DNA from: Eledone cirrhosa
Lineage: Eukaryota
NCBI GenBank assembly: GCA_964016885.1
Contig: OZ024740.1
Location: 223,076,001 to 223,140,000, forward strand
Length of the DNA stretch: 64,000 bases
Reading direction: 5' to 3'
Below, piece by piece: positions 14,231 through 26,780 of this stretch. The position numbers and the translations under genes are program-made. The first letter of the stretch is position 1; every line of letters starts with the position of its first letter. Below the pieces are notes generated by a model. That model worked only from the letters and a program-made list of their open reading frames with translations. It was not told the DNA's origin and searched no databases.

Positions 14231-14543
14231 TAAATCTACTAAAATATACGATAGTGTCCAATCCGTATGAAGAACTCAATGTAATCCAAATATCATGAAA
14301 AGAGAAGATGCATTCAAAAATTTTCGATGAAAATCATAGGAAAATCATTTCTGAAGACAGCATATATATGTGAAGGTATGTATATTTCCTCTGATAGTTT
14401 AATATTTTTACATAGATCTATATGATATACATACCAATACACATATACATCCTAGAAACGATCATAAAGTGATGAATTTTTTAATATAAGGAACTTGTTC
14501 TTTGTTTTTATTTCATTAATTTTATTAATTTATATATATATAT

Positions 14544-15462
14544 ATTGGAAGCAAGAGGACTGAGAGTGAATCTAGCTAAGACAAAAGTGTTGATGAGTAG
14601 AAAAGAGGACAAAACCCTGATTCCGTCAGGGAAATGGCCATGTTCGATATGCAGAAAAGGAACTGGCATAAATTCTATAAAATGCACACAATGCAGATCC
14701 TGGGTACACAAGAGATGTAGCGGGATAGCAGGCAAACTAACAGGTAGGGAAAATATGTATGCAGTAGATGTACAGGGAAATTAGACAGTAGAAGTCACAC
14801 TGATAGACACATTTTTCAAATGCAGGAGGGCGCTATAGAATTGGTGGATAGCTTCTGGTACCTAGGAGATCAGATTAGCATGGGAGGAGGGTGTGCCAAG
14901 GCCATAGTATCTAGAATAAGGACGGGTTGGAAGAAGTTTAGGGAGCTGCTTCCTCTGTTGATGAAGAAGGGTTTCTCCCTGCGTACGAAAGGCTGGTTGT
15001 ATGATGCCTGTGTGAGGAGCGCGATGCTGCATGGTAGTGAGACATGGGCAGCAACTGCAGATGATATGCGATGGCTGGAGAGAAATGAGGCAAGCATGCT
15101 CCATTGGATGTGCAGTATAAATGTGCGTGAACGACCCAGCATAAATGTGTTGAGAGAGAAACTGTGTCTGAGAGGGATAGAATGTAGTGTACGGGAGAGG
15201 AGACTGAGGTGGTATGGACATGTGATGCGCATGGAGGATGACCGATGGGTGAAGAAGTGCCAGGAATTGCCAGTTGAAGGAAGACGTGGTAGAGGTAGAC
15301 CACGAAAAACATGGGCGGAGGTGGTGAGAACAGACCTCAGAGGATTGAAGCTCACGGTGGAGATGACGATGGACCGTGACGAGTGGAGAGATGCAGTGCT
15401 GAATAAGACCCGTCCCACCCTTGCAAGCAGGGAAAAGCGGACGTAAAATGATGATGATGATA
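14544..15462 (+). mobile_element. RTE LINE family A, 5'-truncated, relatively young
   Basis: ORFs 14545-14784 (NLAKTKVL, WPCSICRKG..CTQC..WVHKRCSG) and 14820-15446 (FWYLGD, LHGSETW, RLRWYGHVMRM, GRGRPRKTW); (TA)n at 5' junction; (TGA)n tail. Confidence 0.95.
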
Positions 15463-15467
15463 TAATG

Positions 15468-15688
15468 ATAATGCTTTCTAGTATAGGCACAAGACCAGTA
15501 ATTTGGGGGAAGGGGAAAGTCGATAAATCGACCCCAGTGCATTACTGATACTTTATTTTATCGACCCCCATAAGGATGAAAGGCAAAGTTAACCTCGGCA
15601 GGATTTGAACTCAGACCATAAAGGGCCATAACTCTATGTGGCAGAGCATTACGTCCGACGTTCTACCGATACTGCCAAACCACCGCCC

Positions 15689-15689
<1 letters not shown>
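15468..15689 (-). mobile_element. SINE family 1 full-length copy abutting the RTE tail
   Basis: Reverse complement of the consensus, from TTTCTAGTATAGGCACAAG to GCCAAACCACCGCCC. Confidence 0.9.
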
Positions 15690-15726
<37 letters not shown>

Positions 15727-16170
15727 CGATCACATTGCCCGATTAGTCGAGGGCTGTGAGTGCCTGAAGACATTCAAGTCTCCAAGCGCTCCCTCTCGGT
15801 CTTCACTTGACTGCAGCTTCGTCAAGGAGACGAGCAGGGGGAAAGATGCGTCTAGCAAACTGTGACCACACCTGATCACCATCGAGGAAGAGGTGGAGAT
15901 GTCGTAGCTTGAGCGCGTGTCGGCGCATCATCAGCCACGGCATGCCCAGCCCTCCACATAGTGGGTGTTGACAGCAGATGGACCGCCTGACCATCGGAGC
16001 ACGTCCCTTCCACAAAAAGCGAAAGAGCAAACACTCCAGCGCAGTAAGGCGAGGCTTAGGACAAGGTACGACGGTCAGGCGGTAGTAGATGACGGACATG
16101 ATGTACGCGTTAGCCACCTCCGCTCGACCTTTCAGGGATAGCTTCCTCTCTGCCCATTTCTGGTTGAGAG
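15727..16170 (-). mobile_element. Internal fragment of Tx1/L1-clade ORF2, embedded in (TAA)n
   Basis: WAERKLSLKGRAEVAN..LFRFLWKG..PLCGGLGMP is the typical L1/Tx1 post-RT region; GC-rich; (AAT)n at 15694-15726 and 16171-16197. Confidence 0.85.
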
Positions 16171-16519
16171 AATAATAATAATAATAATAATAATAATGAT
16201 AAGGGTAAACTCTTGAAAGATGAAATAGTAAAGTCATGCCAAGAAAATTCGAAGCTCAATGGGGTTTTACAATTAGTAGATAGAACAGACGTATTCACCC
16301 AAGGTATAATCCATGTGGAATCAGGAATTAAAAGTTGGGCTAAATGAATCCAGAGTATTGTATAAATGCAAGAGTGCAGAGCATTTAAAATGTAAATACA
16401 AAAATTACGAGGGAATTTATGACTTTTTTTTATTAGTTATACATCTGTTTCACCAAATTAAATGTAAAGAATGTGGTAAATGAAAGAAAGAAATCAAAGT
16501 TGCATCTATATATATATAT

Positions 16520-17478
16520 AGTGGAACTCTATTCACATGCAAAGTGCACTGTGTAGGCTTCCTTGAGAAGAGTGTCCCAGTTTTCACAGCACTGATTTTC
16601 CTTACTGCCATGCAGCAATTGGTATCAAATCTATTAAGTGCAAGTCGGAGATCACCTTCTGTTAAGTTACGTAACACCATGTCGTCTGTAAATTCCACTT
16701 GCCTGATTTTACACCCACCAGTTGGGACACCACTTCTAACCTGGCTGATCATGTCAATTCTGTTCATGTAAATAATGAACAGGAAAGATGACAGTACTCA
16801 TCCTTGATGGAGTCCAATCGCCACATTGAATGGTTTCGATTTAGTACTATTTATCCAAACACAAATACTTGGGTATTCATGTAGAGACATCAAGGCAACA
16901 AGAAGCTGACCATCAATCCTATACTCCTGCACAACCTTCCAGATCTTGAGAAATGTGGTCATATGCCTTTTTGAGGTCTACAAAACAAGAATATACCTCT
17001 TGGCAATACTCCCATGATTTCTCACAGACCTGCCACAGTTTGAACATTTGGTTTGCAAAAATCACACTGTTCATCAGCTAGCTTGGATTCGACAATTGCT
17101 TGCATCTCTTTGCCAGACATTTAGCATAAACTTTACCAAAGAGGCTTAACATGGAGTTCCCTCTGTAATTGAAACAATCTCTCTTGTCTGCCTTTTTGAA
17201 AATTGGTATTGTCATTCTCGATTGCTATTGCTTAGGTGCCATTCAAGAGAGCCAGGCCACCTGGCACACATGAGTCAGCCAGAGAATACCTTCTCTATTC
17301 AAGGTTTTAACATCTCCAGCAGGACACCCAGGGACCGAACCTGAAAAAGATGGTTTGTCTCACTTGGGAATCCAGCCAGATCAGTTGGAGATGGTTGCTT
17401 CTGACGTGACCTGTTGGAAGGAGTGTTTGAGGACCCTGCCCCCACGACTCTCTCAGGACTAAGTGGGTGAAGAAGAAT
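16520..17478. mobile_element. Rex3/Expander-like RTE LINE with 5' inversion
   Basis: RT on minus strand ~17330->16520 (IPIFKK.DKRDCFNYRG, FVDLKKAYD, GLHQG, FTDD); C-terminus and tail on plus strand 17335-17478 (LGIQPDQLEMVASD..LPPRLSQD*, GAAGAAGAA); (TA)n at both ends. Confidence 0.85.
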
Positions 17479-17647
17479 ATATATATATATATATATATTC
17501 TTCTTCACCCACTTACTCCTTCACTCTTTCTACTGCTTTCACCCGTAACAGGATCTTCAGAAGATCCCATTAAGGGCGAAAGCAGCAATTCTGTGCTCAA
17601 AATTTAATTTGTTATTTTAATATATATATATATGAGTATATATGTAT

Positions 17648-17830
17648 GTAAAAGGTAAACAGAAATAACAACACAATCGGTACAGTATATGGAAGGTATA
17701 TATTAGGTTAACGCTTGATATAGCAGGAAGAGAGTCTTAACGTTTCGGACGCTAGTCCTTCATCAGAAGAAAGAATGAGAAATAAAATAAATTAAGGGGA
17801 CGGGTGGGATAATCCATATGCTAATATCTG
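17648..17830 (-). mobile_element. Solo Penelope-like pLTR fragment, family P1 (also at 43553-43770 and 47414-47610)
   Basis: Shared block GTAAACAGAAATAACA..AAGAGTCTTAACGTTTCGGAC..CCTTCATCAGAAGA in three places, each beside a (TA)n or (TG)n tract; contains a hammerhead motif. Confidence 0.65.
17735..17770 (-). ncRNA. Minimal type I hammerhead ribozyme motif
   Basis: Minus strand TCTT-CTGATGA-A-GGAC-TAGC-GTCC-GAAA-CG-TT-AAGA: intact core, stem II, palindromic AACGTT helix III. Confidence 0.75.
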
Positions 17831-18150
17831 AACATAACAATGTATAAACCACCTTGACACATGACTTTACATGCCATTTGTATCAACAAACATTAAAATC
17901 ATACATAAGTTGTTGGAGAAAGGGATATCCTGAAGACAAAAAAACAACCAAGCCTTCTTGTATTTAATATCATTATTATTATTCTTTGAAACCTCCTTTG
18001 AGATTTGCTTCATTTCCAAATTATGAGGCAAAATTTGATGATACACACATTTTACAATCAATTTTCATACAAATGATTCCACAAGGGCACAGACATCAGT
18101 TAATGTCTTTGCAAAGTTTTTAAATTTCCTTATTATTATTATTATTATTA

Positions 18151-19625
18151 CAGCTGCATTTATCTTGCTTTATGTTCATACGAGTTATCACCAAGTCACA
18201 ACCAGTGACCTCAAGAGACAACAAGGTCCGCCATGTTCAAGAAAGAACATACATACTCACACATGCATCTTTAGGTGTTTAGACTTGTGATGTACTTATA
18301 TTGACAGAATCTTCCTTAGTATATGGGCAGTTCCCATTAGTACTATCTTTTGTATTTCTCCTATACGCGGGTTTCCTGGGATTTGCGATAAGTAATCATT
18401 AGACCCCTTAAGTATCATTCCTAGAGCGCCTACAACTACTGGTATTGTTTTAGTTCTCAATTTCCACATTTTTCCAATTTCTATCTCCAGGTCCTTATAC
18501 TTGCTCAATTTTTCAAATGTTTTTATAGATGCATTCTTGTCTATTGGAACGGACATATCAATTAGCAGGCATACCCTCTTTTTAAAGTCCTTCAGTATTA
18601 TATCAGGTCTATTTGCATCTATTTTTCGGTCTGTTTGGATGCTAAAGTTCCACAAGATTGAGATGTGATCTTTTTCAAGTATGGGAGGTGGTTGATGCCC
18701 CCACCAATTCTTTTGATGGGGCAGGTCAAAATGCTTACACATTATCCAATGTATGTATTGTGCAGCTCTGTCATGCCTGTTTAGGTATTCGGTTGGAGCT
18801 ATAGGACTGCAATTGAAATTATATGGTCAATGGTCTCTGGTTGTTTTTTACATACATGGCATAATGGGCTGCATCCATTTTTTATTATGTTGGCTTGGTA
18901 ATTTTTTGTTGGCAGACACTGATCTTGTGCTGATATAATCAGTCCTTCAGTCTCTGATTTCAGTCCAGAGGATGCCAACCACTGATGGGTTAAAATTTTG
19001 TCAACATCAGGATTGTTAGCTCATTCTGGGTATTTTCCATACAGAGGCTTTTCTTTCCATTTCTTAGCCAGTTTCTGTAGCAGTTCTTTCTTTGCAGTTA
19101 CTTTTACCTGCTTTGCTTTTTCTGTGTTTTCCATTTCAGCAGTAAATGGGACTTCTGAAATTTGTAGTCCATTACTGTATCTTTGTGCATCTTTTGTAAT
19201 GGAGTATGATCTTTTGATGCTTTCGTGTTTCAAAACGAGTTTGATCATCCAATCATGTGATTCCCTTAGATATGTAGATAATCCAATTGTTGCAGTTTTC
19301 AACGCAATGTCTAACTGGATTAACCCACGTCATCCTTCTTTCCTAGGGAGACATATTCTATCTGTATCTGCCTTAGGGTGATGCATTATGTGCATGATTA
19401 AGAATTTTCAAATTGTTGTATCGAGCCTACGGATCTCTGTGCTTGACCAGTTGATGACATTATAACTGTAGGTTACTACTGGTATGGCAAGCGTGTTTAT
19501 GGCATCGATCCTATCCCTTGCATTCAATTCCGTTCTTAAGATTGCTCTTACTCTGCGGTAACATTCATTCCTTATCCTTTCCCTCATTGTCGAGTGCTTG
19601 ATTCCGTCTCCTTCACAAACTTCCT
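18151..19625 (-). mobile_element. R4/Dong-clade LINE family 1, 5'-truncated, in a (TAA)n microsatellite
   Basis: ORFs 19408-19701, 19021-19302, 18296-18742 (ANRPDIILKD..IDMSVP..EKLSKYKDL..VVVGALG..VLMGTAHILRK = RLE domain); (TTA)n at 18131-18150 and 19633-19675. Confidence 0.92.
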
Positions 19626-19631
19626 TATTAA

Positions 19632-19676
<45 letters not shown>

Positions 19677-20860
19677 CATCATATATCAGCTGAAGTGTCA
19701 ATTCTCCTTAGTATACAGATGTTGCCACTTTTGGTTATAATTTGTGATTCTTCTTTAATCAGACTGGAATTAGTAAGCCTCTATTTATCCTACAGCTCCC
19801 CATAATTATCTCAAGAAATTATGGTGTTTTTATGCCACATTCTTTTAACTATATTTTATTTTATGGATCTACATACCTGTCATTATTATCTAAGCATACA
19901 CTTTTAACCAATCAAAAAGACTTTCTAATGACAAGCATTGTTATTTCATTCTTTTTTTTATTTTTCCAGACAAAGATTTCCTAATGACAAACTAAACACT
20001 CTGGAACTAACATCCCTAATGTAGATATACCATTGCAGATTCTTCTCAATGATTATTTTTTGTCGCTAAAGCACATTACACCTGATTTCGTTATCTTTTA
20101 CCTATGTTACAATCAGTCCTTCCTTAACTATAGTTTAGTTGCACATGATTATTAAACTAATTGTCCATAATCAAGGCTAGCTTACAATCTCTATTAGAAA
20201 GAAAAGAAAAATATGTCATAGAACGTATAATTTCACTTCTCTAACTTTATGTCATCATAAATATTATTGCTTCAGGATGTAATTTACTCAGTAGCAAATT
20301 ACAAATTAGTGGCTCAGCTAAGCAGTAGAAATTGGAATCCTGCATCAACAATTAGCTCTTATCTCCTTTTTGTTATAGAGCTTCTGTAACCTAATGGTGA
20401 CACATACCTTATATATCTTATTGAACATTGCATCTAATACAACTTATACACAAGAGGAAAGTTTCGTTTCTGTTGTAGTAGTAGTTATAGTAAATTGGTC
20501 AAGTTGTCAAGTATGTGAAATATTTGTTAGTTGCCAAGATCTTAACAGGTATATTAAAATGGTTTTTACTGATGGTGGTAGTAATTTGTGATTAATGATG
20601 CTTATCTGCTAATTCTGACATCTATAGATAATTAATTATATTATTATTTCAAGAGGGTATATATTCCACTAGTTCTGATATCAATCTGTATAAGTGTGTA
20701 TATGTGTATGTGTAAGCACGCACATACATATACACATGCACACACAAGCTATGTCACAAATTGACAGAAATGTTAGTTTGTTGGATAGAATAATGTATAT
20801 ATCATCATCATCATCGTCACTAGTTTTATGTCTGTTTTTCCATGTTAGTATGTATGTATG

Positions 20861-21803
20861 TTTCTCTTCCTCTTAATTTCGAGTACATTTTTGACTGGCC
20901 ACCTTCCTGGTGGCAAGGTTGTAAAAGAAAAGAAAGTGTCATCCCTTGACTCGCAAGAATGTTTTGCAAATTTTGAACGTGCCATTTGTAGTCTATAAAT
21001 TAGGGAGCTGTGCTCTTTGTCCACGAATCCAAGTTCAGTTATACTTTGGGCTAAGTGGGTTGGGATATAGCCTGTAGCTCCAATAATGATGAGTATGAAG
21101 CTAAAGGTGTATCTTGGACACTGGATCTGCAAACTCCTCATCAATGGTCCATAGATGTCCTCCTCCTCTTGTATTTTTCTTACAACGTTAACATCAAGTG
21201 GGCCGCTGATCTCTACAACGTTTTCAATGTGTGATCCCAAATACTAATATCAGGCCAGTTGTGCTTTGATTTGGTGGTGGTTTTTATTTTCAGGTTCCAC
21301 CAGTATTCTTTAGTGCCATCTATCTCAACATATTCCACTTCATTTGTTTTAAATTTTGTTTTCTTAAGTGCACTCCAGATGTTTCTAGCTATCACATCGT
21401 GTCTCATTGGGAGGTAGTAGTGACACAACATTCTTTCGCAGCAATGTGGCTAACATCTTTGATCTTTGTTTTACAAAGCCTACATTTATTGTCAACCGAT
21501 GGCCCTCCACTTTTGTGTAGCAGATATTTGGTAGGGATTTCTTGTTCCTGGATTGCATAGAGATATCTTTCAAGGTGGGATGTCATAAACTTTTTGGAAC
21601 TCCATGCCAGGCTTTTTGAATGATTTATACCCTCTATGGTCTGTGTTTTTCATCTCAGGTACACATGCACAACTTTCTCTGTAAATTGGTCCATTTTATT
21701 TTCTTGTTCAAACATTGAATATTTCCCTGGGAGAGAGATTTATATCAGTCCTTATTTCATATCTCTCCTCCAGATCAGTGGCTATCCTAATATTATTTCC
21801 TTC
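20861..21803 (-). mobile_element. R4/Dong-like LINE 3' fragment (related to family 2), flanked by (TATG)n
   Basis: AIQEQEIPTK, CRLC..SHI..C zinc finger, RHDVIAR, HNWPDISIWD, IIIGATGYIP. Confidence 0.88.
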
Positions 21804-24142
21804 ATGTATGTATGTATATATGTTTGTATGTACACACAACAACAATAATAATGTGTTTTAAAGTCACTTACCCTGCTAAAACTGGGGTTAGCTTTGTGGT
21901 CCTTAATCATTATGTGGTCCATTTTACAGTTGGATGGCCTTCCTGGCCCCAACCCATTTAGTTGCCCCTTATGATATATAGTGATATGGTTTATTTGTTT
22001 CTATACTGAGATATATGTGTGTGTATGTAACTGTGTGTCTACTTCTGTCTGACTTCTATGCATTTTTCATATCCCCAGAGCAGGAAGTTATACATTCCAC
22101 ATAAATAGAAATCTTGACGTTCAGTTGTTAGATATGCAAAATATTTTAATTTACTTAGAAAAAGACGAGGATTGGTGTTATTAAGGGCATACAGCCATAA
22201 TAAAACAGCTTCAAAACGTCTCAACCAACCAAAACCAACATGGGAAAAGATGAGCATAAAAATTAAAATGATGTTGGTGTTGATCAGGTTCTTAGTTTCC
22301 TTTCAGCTACGACATTGTAATAAGGTAGAGATGGAGTAAAGTTAATAATTTTGGTTGATTTTTGCACAATATAACACTTATTGTTTCTTTGCTAATATGT
22401 TGTTATGCATTATACCTCCCATATTCATGCATGGATGGTCCCATAACTTCTGAGTGAGTTGTAGAAGCCTCGTATTGGCATACAGCATTTCTAGGGCATT
22501 GTTTTAAAACCTGGCAGATCCAATCTCCTCTTCAGATCTTAACACAGACGATCTCTTCCAGAGAAAGATAGCGAGTGAGAGAACAGACGTGAGAAAAAGA
22601 TATAGAAGAAGAATCAATCCTAGTACTTGACTGGTACTTTTTTATCGACCTCGAATGGATGTAAAGCAAAATTGACCTTGGCAGGATTTGAAATCAGAGA
22701 GAAGAGAGCTAGAATGAATATCACAATGCCTTCTAATGATTGTCAATTCGCTGTCTTACATACCTTATTATTTCAACAATAAAATATTTCATAGTTTATA
22801 TAAATCATTGAGAGATATATGGTTGAAATCTTTTTTAGGGAAGTTAATACAAATCAAATCAGTAATAAAGGAGTGAAAATTGATATAAAATAAGACTAAA
22901 TAAAACAAGTTTACACATGACCCTTACATTTCAAAAGAAAAAGAATTCCGATGACAGTGGTAAGCTGAGTTCCTGTTTTGAAAATGTTTTAAGCCTGATA
23001 TATCATGAAATATATGATACAAGTGTACACTATTGTTTTATATTGTATTTTAATTTACTCTTGCTTTCGCTTCTTGTATTCTAACTGGCATTGTATAGGC
23101 TTCCTTAAGATAATCTTACTAAATAAACTATTTATTAAAAGGTAGTAAAATCCATCATCTTTATGTTACTAATTACCATTAACTTTGTACTGATTTTACA
23201 TGTTTTCGTAGATGAAATTTATTGTAGCAATATTTTGGTGAGAAAGATACCACAATACTATCCTCATACTTTGATATTTATCATCTTCCTTGGCAATTTA
23301 ATACACATTAATCTATTTTACTAACATTTTCCACCTCCTTAATTTGGTCAAAGTCCAACAGCTCTAAACTGTATTAATCATCTATCTTCTCTACTGAATT
23401 AGCTATAATGGCTCACTATTTCAATGTAACAGAGATATTTATCAAACTCTTCTTGTTTCTATACTCAGTAATCTTCTTCACTAGTTTGACTGATCACAAT
23501 TTGATATTTCTCAGTTTAGCAAATTGATGACGATAAAGTCACAAATATATAGCATAATTCAGTAGAGATTCGGGATGTCACAGAAATGTGACAAAGACAA
23601 TTAAAGCTGACAGAGCCTTTTCCTTATTATAGCTGGATTTAAAGACATGGGGATGGTAATTTTTGTGGAAAGGAACTATTTAGTAACAATGATCCAAACT
23701 TCTTTCACAAAACATTAGTAATACAAATCAAGTGAAAATGTTCTAATTCAGCCCTTATCCTAGATTTCACAAATTATTCTATGTCTGAACTGAGATTGCA
23801 AAAGTATTATAACTTAAATTTCATAATTATCCATTTGAAATTGAGCTTACTATCTGAAAAAGAATATATACAATAACGCAATACTTGGCTCCAAAAATGT
23901 TAAGTAAAGTATTAGAATCTGAGAGAAGTAATATTAGTTTATATCAGGAATATAGTTGTTAAAAAAAGTTTGTAAAGTGGGATAAATTATTTCAGTAAAT
24001 TTCTCAATAAAATTATAATATATTCTAAGGAACTAACAATCAAAACTGTCATAAAGATATACTTGTACAACACCATCATACTATACTACTAAAGCATTAT
24101 ACAAAAGTTTGACTTAGAGAATCCCCCCAAAAGTTAATGGAA

Positions 24143-24500
24143 ACTTGATGTTTTCCAACAGCAGTGCATGTGCACCATATATAAAGTTAGCCTGGTGTAA
24201 CTGTATAATGAAGACATTTTTTGAAGGACAAACGTTGAACCATTCCAATATGTTATGGCAGGATACCAGTTCTGATTGGCTGAACACATCCTATGGCTCT
24301 CAGACATTCAAGATGACAAATTGTTGGATACCAACAAAGGCTAAATGGTAAAGAGAAAGATCCAAGAAGTTCAGTCACAGTGCTTTCCTGAAGGTCCTCC
24401 AGAGATGGGGATGAACATCAACTGGGAATATATGGAAACAAAATGAACTAATCGTTTGGAATGGCAGAACGTTGATGTCCAATGCAAAATGCTACTCTGG
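24143..24500 (+). mobile_element. Old RTE-like LINE C-terminal remnant
   Basis: Interrupted translation LDVFQQQC..LYNEDIF..LAEHIL..WIP..NRLEW resembles an RTE C-terminus. Confidence 0.5.
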
Positions 24501-25792
24501 AGTACCTAAGTTTAAGTAATTCAAAGCAAATAAAACCAATATACATTTGAAGGAATGAAGCATCTTTTTCTTTAAAATGCAATGAAGACATATATAAATA
24601 CAATCACATTAAGTGCTATATAATATATTTGTTATTCTGATGTTTTGAAAACTGGTTTCAATTACAATTGGTATTTTGTGCAATGCAATCTATATTTATT
24701 TATTTTATTTCATGCAATTATACTTCAAAGAGCACCAATAACTAAAAAAAGTCCTGGATATGGTGGAATGTTAGAATCTTACATTTATTCTGTAAGAATC
24801 ATCAGTAAAAATTCTATAGTATTAGTATAGTTAATACAAAGCATTGTGAGATATGTAATAGAAGAGCATTAAGTTTCAAAAAGCCAACACGATGAGGCAG
24901 AAATATATAAACGGCAAATTATGACTAATAAAACAGAAACTAATGTTTTACCTAGTATATTTCACCTAGGCCAGTTAAGGAAGAGCACATGAATCGTTTG
25001 TTTCTGTTTTGAACCATTTCTTCTTCACATTTGAAAAAAGGGTATTAGCCCTGAAATATTATGTTGAAATATATTGGGTAAAACATTTTATTTTATTGTC
25101 ATCCTTTGCCTTTTACATATTTCTACTCCATTATACCGGCTTTTTGAAATTTATCAGTCTTTTATTTTATATTATTGTTTTAAAACCTATTACAAATATT
25201 CAGGGTCATCATATGTCTTGAGAGACATGAATTTGCACTGGGAAAGTTATTCACTAAGACACAGGCGTGGGCAGGTTTCATTGTAGAAAACCAGCTGTTA
25301 CCCATGCAAGCAAGTCTCCCCTCTCTATGCTACCAATGGTGTTGATGGGAAAGGCAAGCAAAGACCAATACAACATATCAACAGTGATGTCACAGATAAA
25401 CTGAGAAAGCAAAGAGTAAAAAAAGATACTACAAAGTATTATGTCTGATACATTAACCACACCACCAATCCACCACACTGGACTAGTATTTTATTTTAAC
25501 CAAACTGAAAGTGTGAAACGTAAAGTTTAGCTTATCAAAAGTAAGAAGGCCATGAATTTAACTAACTTTCAGGATCATTTGATAAAACTCTCATATCTAT
25601 TGTTATTAAATAAATCAGTATATATATATATATTATCGCTCTAGATGGCTGAATAAAATAAATGTAATCTGAGTTTTTTTTAATATTAATAATAATATTT
25701 GATTCATTTGCAATTATACAAACACCCTCATTTTTAAAGCCATGTCAGTAGAATGAGCCCCTCATTCTTGCTCTTGTGTTGGCTTGTTAACA

Positions 25793-25838
25793 GAACTGCA
25801 GACACTAATGTTTCTGGGTATTACCCTTCATCATCAGC
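25793..25838 (-). ncRNA. Hammerhead motif, left arm (5' strand of helix I lost at the inversion junction)
   Basis: Minus strand ..TGATGA-A-GGGTA-A-TACCC-A-GAAA-CATTAGT-GTC-TGCAGTTC; GUC triplet. Confidence 0.6.
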
Positions 25839-25934
25839 CTAATTTGCATATTAGCAGATGGCTGATCAGTCAAATCTGCATATTAGCAGATCCACTGATA
25901 AGCTAGATTTGCATATCAGCAAACAGGCTAGTCT

Positions 25935-25984
25935 GAACTGCACTGATGAAGAGTAATACCCAGAAACATTAGTATCTGCAGTTC
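25935..25984 (+). ncRNA. Minimal type I hammerhead motif, right arm
   Basis: GAACTGCA-CTGATGA-AGAGTAATACCCA-GAAA-CATTAGT-ATC-TGCAGTTC; perfect 8-bp helix I, intact core. Confidence 0.75.
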
Positions 25985-26112
25985 TGTTTACATGCCTACA
26001 CAAGAGCAAGAACGAGGGGCTCATTCTACTGACATTGCTTTAAAAATGAGGCTGTTTGCATAATTGCAAATGAATCAAATATAATTTTTAATATTTGAAA
26101 AACTCAGATTAC

Positions 26113-26145
<33 letters not shown>

Positions 26146-26146
<1 letters not shown>

Positions 26147-26780
26147 ATGGATGAGTAATATACGTGAATGGCAAAGCATAAACGAATTGAGAGAGACTGC
26201 ATAAGAGGAATCACATGCTGTGTGCAGTAGAGGAGGTTGCATTTGTATGGACATGTGATGCATATGAAGGATGACAGCTGCATAAAAGGGTGCAGAGCAC
26301 TAAAAGTCGATGAAGGCCTTGGAGTGGGGAGACCCCAAAAAGACCTGGGATGAGGTGATAAAAGCTGACTATGCCCAATTGCACCTCACAAAGGCGATGA
26401 CACAGGACCATAACCACTGGCGTCACGCAGTAATACAGAATACCTGACTTCCCAAGGGTACAAGCTGAAGCTGAAGCATATAGACATTATGCTCCCATCC
26501 CCTGCCACTGCAAAGTGGTTGTGGAGGTGTCATGACAAAAAAAAGCACCCAGCCCACACTGTAAAGTTGTCGTGTAGGCGCCACAGTAGAAAAGCAGCCA
26601 GCACTCACTCTAAATGAGGTTGGGTTTAGGAATGGCATCCAGCTGTAGAAATCAAGCCAAAATCAGTTCCCGTATGAGCAAGACAAGGTCACCCAACCTG
26701 GCATTGCCCACAACAGGACAACCCGTCTAACCCATGCTAGCATGGAAGAATGGACATAAAACTGTGATGATGATGATGAA
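26146..26780 (+). mobile_element. RTE LINE family B, 3' fragment with long 3' UTR
   Basis: Colinear with 60236-60920 (IREWQ.INELR, YGHVM.MKDDSCIK); ends CCATGCTAGCATGG..(TGA)n. Confidence 0.85.

Larger units (their letters stand above)
25634..26118. mobile_element. Non-coding fold-back element with a hammerhead motif in each arm (Penelope-like inverted pLTRs)
   Basis: Arms ~25658-25833 and ~25944-26118 are reverse complements; ~25-bp extension on the left arm only; (TA)n at both ends. Confidence 0.8.

Noticed and set aside
14862-15542. Long minus-strand ORFs (also 2494-3036, 30815-31327, 59128-60489)
   Set aside because: Antisense shadows of RTE coding sequence
11208-17929. Minus-strand exon candidates 17905-17929 and 11208-11317 (YPFLQQL-I-DVRLNTKIILQAFPTCSMVEH..)
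   Set aside because: Phases join, but there is no recognisable homology and comparable candidates exist on both strands; cannot be told from chance without RNA-seq
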